Assembly: GCA_000708835.1 (NCBI GenBank)
Contig: DF237425.1
Coordinates: forward strand, 4,322 to 68,321
Direction: 5' to 3'
DNA: 64,000 bases
Origin: Klebsormidium nitens
Lineage: Eukaryota; Plantae; Klebsormidiophyceae
Below are positions 60,401 to 64,000 of this stretch, piece after piece. Position numbers and translations under genes: made by a program. Within the stretch, counting starts at the first letter, position 1; every line of letters begins with the position of its first letter. The notes under the pieces were generated by a model, which had not been told where the DNA came from, did no database searches, and saw only the letters and a program-made list of their open reading frames with translations.

Positions 60401-62149
60401 GTATTTTGCTGTGGCTCCGGCGCTGAGCAAAAGTACGCTATGTTGATACAAGGTCAGACCGGCCGGTCCGTCAGTCTCTTATAGTTGACGGCTACACGAA
60501 CTTGAAGCTTTGCAAGTCTGTTTATTTTCACCTAGTAATGGGTATTACCTTCTTAGTCTCTCCTAGTTTTCCCCTCTTCTAGCTGGTGAGGTCTGCACTT
60601 CCCCTGAGCTGGGCTTTGTCTGTGGAACACACCCGAGCTCAAAAACCTTGACAAACGACGAGCTCAAAGTAAATCAAGACCTGCTTTTCAATAAAATTCC
60701 TAGTGTGTGTGCACAGGGAGGAGTAAGTCTTAGTACACCAATCTAGTGACAAAGGAGACCCTTCAGTCGATACTGACGAGAATTTTGGAGTCGATTCTCA
60801 GAGCGCTTATGCTTTTAAAAAGGGGACTTTCCAGTCGGAGGCGTTCTCAAAGTCGTTTTCAGACTGTCCATAAAAATTAAGTGGGTGTAGGACGTGCACG
60901 TCCTCCAAAACTGATCGACGGTGCAGGAAGCTCAAAGCGGCCAAACTTCCAATCCGATCCGTCCAAAAAAGACTCAGACTCACTGAGTGTGCACTTCCCG
61001 AGCTTTGAAACCCGACGCCCACTTTAATCCTGCTGGTTCTTGATTCATATAGTGGCTCAGTGCGGCTACAGACTTCAAGTTGATAACGGGTGTCTAACAG
61101 ACATCAATTTCTTTAAGTCCTATCTCGTGGGTCATTTAGAGCGCGTCTCAAAGTTCGAAGAGAGATCACGTACTCTAGCTAAGGCCGCAATATTCTCCCT
61201 CATGCGCAGTCCCTGCGCAGTCCGGCGCACCGCGCCCGGAAAAGCGGAAACAGGGGACCAACGCGACCGAAATCTGGCGGATGGCGTAGGACTCGGGAAT
61301 TCCGTCGCTGGATGTCCGTTCGTTCTGGTCCGTCGATCTGCATTTTGCAACTGCTGAGAGCGCTCCGATCGCCGGGCTGAAGCATGTTATGATGCACTAT
61401 TAAAGGCTGCTCTCTTGGGTCGGTAATTACTAATCAGCATGATACCAACCGCTTTCTGTCAAGTTGTCAACCCGGTACCTAGCTTGATTCCTTGTACCCC
61501 GGTAAGTCAGTACCTGCTACACCTACCGTAACCGAACCGTAAGTTGTAACCTGTTCACCGGGTTCTCCTCTTGATTCAAGGAGCGTTTAATGCAATCTGT
61601 CAGGGCGACTCGAGAAAACGACCAGATTCTGTCCTGTGCCCTTCTGACAGCTGGCCAAGACCTGCATGCCATGATGCATCCTGGGATTCTCTTTGCGCAG
61701 ACTCCAGAGTCTGCTACCTAGATACCGCACCTACCTAGGTACCTGCACAGGTCTAATAGCTTATTGGCATTCATGCACTCACTTAATTCTGTATAACCTA
61801 TGGGCACAGAGCAAGGGCAGAATATGAGTGCCAGATGGACAACTGTCCGACAAATCAGCACGCTAAGCAGTTGGCATCTTCAAAGGCAACAGCTTGCCAC
61901 TGGGGCTACTGGTATCAACTCAGTGCTGCTACTGCAATGCTTGCGCTTCATTGCGGTTCATGATGGGCGCAGCACTGAAGAGCGTTGAGAAGACCACGTA
62001 GCTGACTTTCTACACTCCGAAGCTGTCACTGTCGCGCATGGCGCATGATAGCGCAGAGTCCATACATCAGTTCTGATAAGCCCGCACCAAGCATCATGAG
62101 GAGGAAGGTGATCAACAAGAAGCGCCAAGGTTGAAACTAAGTACCTACA

Positions 62150-63729
62150 GCCGGCAATTCAGTCTTGGGCACCATATTTCAGAAGAGGCTCACATTCAGC
62201 TGAAGACTCAGTAAGGGAGTACATTATCGGCGGATCCAGCTGGCGCGAGGCATGGCCCAGCCTTATTGGGCCCACCATCAACTTCTGCTGCTACCTCATC
62301 GGGACAGGTTGGGCCAGCATTCCGCTAACATTCCACCAAATGGGGTTTGCCGTCGGCATCTGCTCCCTCCTCTTGCTGGGTTTCGCCAACGCCTACACGT
62401 GCGTAGTCATGCTCCAGTCCGCCGAGGAATTCGGCACGCCCGAGAGCTTTCATGACCTGACTGATGTCTCTTTGGGGCACAAGTGGGCAGTACTTTTGGA
62501 CTGGGTCGTCGGGCTGACGTCATTCTTTGCGTGCACCCAGAAGCTGATCTTGGCGGGGGACTTTGGGGTGGCGATCAAGCAGCGAATCATTACTCATAAC
62601 TATCTGCCGAACCGGGCGCTGATTGTCTTGACACTAACCATAGGCCTGGCGCTCCCGCTCGTGTTCAAACGAAACATGCGCGCGCTCGAGAAGGTTTCCT
62701 CCGGGGGGGTTCTCTGCACCTTGACGGTGCTCGCCATTCTGATCTACTCTTACTCTGTTTCGGTGGTGCGGAGTGACAGCTGGGCGGGCGGCGACGTCGT
62801 ATATGCCAACGGGACGCCAGATCTGCTGCTAGCCCTTCCGGTGCAGCAGTTTGTGTTCGCCGGCCAGGCGGGAGTGATCCCACTTTACAAGTCGATGAAG
62901 AACCGGAGCTTGCGCAATGGGAAGATCATGGTCTGCTGCGCCTTCGCCTTTTGCGTCAGCGTCAACCTGTGCTTTGGGATCTTCGGTTACCTTCAGTTTC
63001 CTGAGGAGCAAGAGGGCGACGTTTTGAACAACTTAGTAAGCCATAAGAGCGCTGTTTACACGGCAATGTATTTCCTAGCCATAGCCGGGTCGATTTCGGG
63101 TTACCCCCTTAACCTGACGGTCGGTCGGGTGCATCTAGGCAATATTCTTCTGGGCCCCGAGAAAGCCAAGTCAAGAAAGTGGGTCTACTTAATGACGATG
63201 GTTTTCTTTGTGGGCACTCTTGGGTTAGGTCTGGGGATCAAGAACCTGGGCGTGGTTCAGGGCCTCGCCGGTGGGTTAGGAGACACTTTCAGTAACCTCG
63301 TAGTCCCCGCTGTGGCTCTGCTCCGATTGGTTGACAGGGAGGTGGAAAAGGAAACCCCCGGGGGGAGAGAAACAACGGGCCCCCGCAGGGAGTGGCGGAG
63401 ACAGAAAGTCTGCTCCTAAGGGGGGGCCAAACGTGTGGTCAAACGCCGCTTTTGAACCAGGGCCAATTGAAAACGATCCAGAAGGAAGTCCAGCTAAGAG
63501 TGGCGGTCAGAAGAGTGTAGGTAGGTCACGTGATGACGGGAAAAGTGATAGAGGTAAAGAGGAGGAGCGGGAAAACAGGCATAGGAATCACAAGCAGCTT
63601 AGGAAGCTCCCGGCGTATATTCTTTTTGGAGTTGCTGCGGTGAACGCAGGGTTGGCAACGATTGGGAATCTGGTCTCCCTCATTCTAGTTGGGTGGGACA
63701 ATGCGAGCATCACATTCAAGGTATCTTAG
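62150..63729 (+). CDS. Amino-acid transporter, AAAP/Aa_trans (SLC38/AVT-like) family; 5' end unresolved, one frameshift as assembled
   Basis: The frame is open from 62112 and reads INFCCYLIGTGWASIPLTFHQMGFAVG, then multiple hydrophobic helices, ALPVQQFVFAGQAGVIPLYKSM, FGIFGYLQF, ISGYPLNL and NLVVPA. The final TM helix (AYILFGVAAVNAGLATIGNLVSL) is in a second frame, entered at the C5G6 run 63355-63365. No in-frame ATG was found upstream of the first TM helix. Confidence 0.8.
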
Positions 63730-64000
63730 AGCTGTACGTGTCGAAATTAATAGGTTTTGAATCTTTGACGATTCGTGTCAAATTATTACGATTCTTGTCC
63801 AAGAGCATCTCAAGTAGGTGGTAAGGTATGGCTTTTCAGGTTCTGTGAGATGTAGCGAGCTGACAAGAGAGACTAGACCGAGAGGAGAAATTAACGTTTC
63901 AGACGTCGGGATCTAACTTGAACTGCTGCTAACATTTTGAGCGCGCGCGCTGTCGAAAGGCAGCTTTGACAGACATACATGTTTCCAGAGATTGTAAATA

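Overview
Intron-rich, roughly 50% GC eukaryotic nuclear DNA with GT-AG introns and one 369-N gap. Plant-type NPK1 and MOS1 homologues suggest a streptophyte alga such as Klebsormidium (inference, not verified). Seven protein-coding genes were reconstructed by hand from splice sites and motifs: a 10-exon FAD-dependent monooxygenase (3798-13510 +), two small SET/post-SET methyltransferases (14839-16769 - and 25970-29200 -) flanking a divergent deoxyhypusine-synthase-like gene (19895-24436 +), an NPK1/ANP-type MAPKKK (33298-41184 -), a MOS1/BAT2_N protein (43028-53918 +) and a nearly intronless amino-acid transporter (about 62150-63729 +). The most striking structure is about 20 decayed half-exon copies stacked around six exons of the monooxygenase. 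Upstream copies carry acceptor plus exon start, downstream copies carry exon end plus donor, and the same pattern recurs in four other genes. Also present are two TIR-bounded MITE-like families and three 1-nt frameshifts that all fall in G/C homopolymers (probably assembly errors). The DHS-like gene has altered specificity residues and an exon lacking an AG acceptor. No rRNA, tRNA or CRISPR array is supported. Regions 29300-32500 and 54000-62000 remain unexplained.
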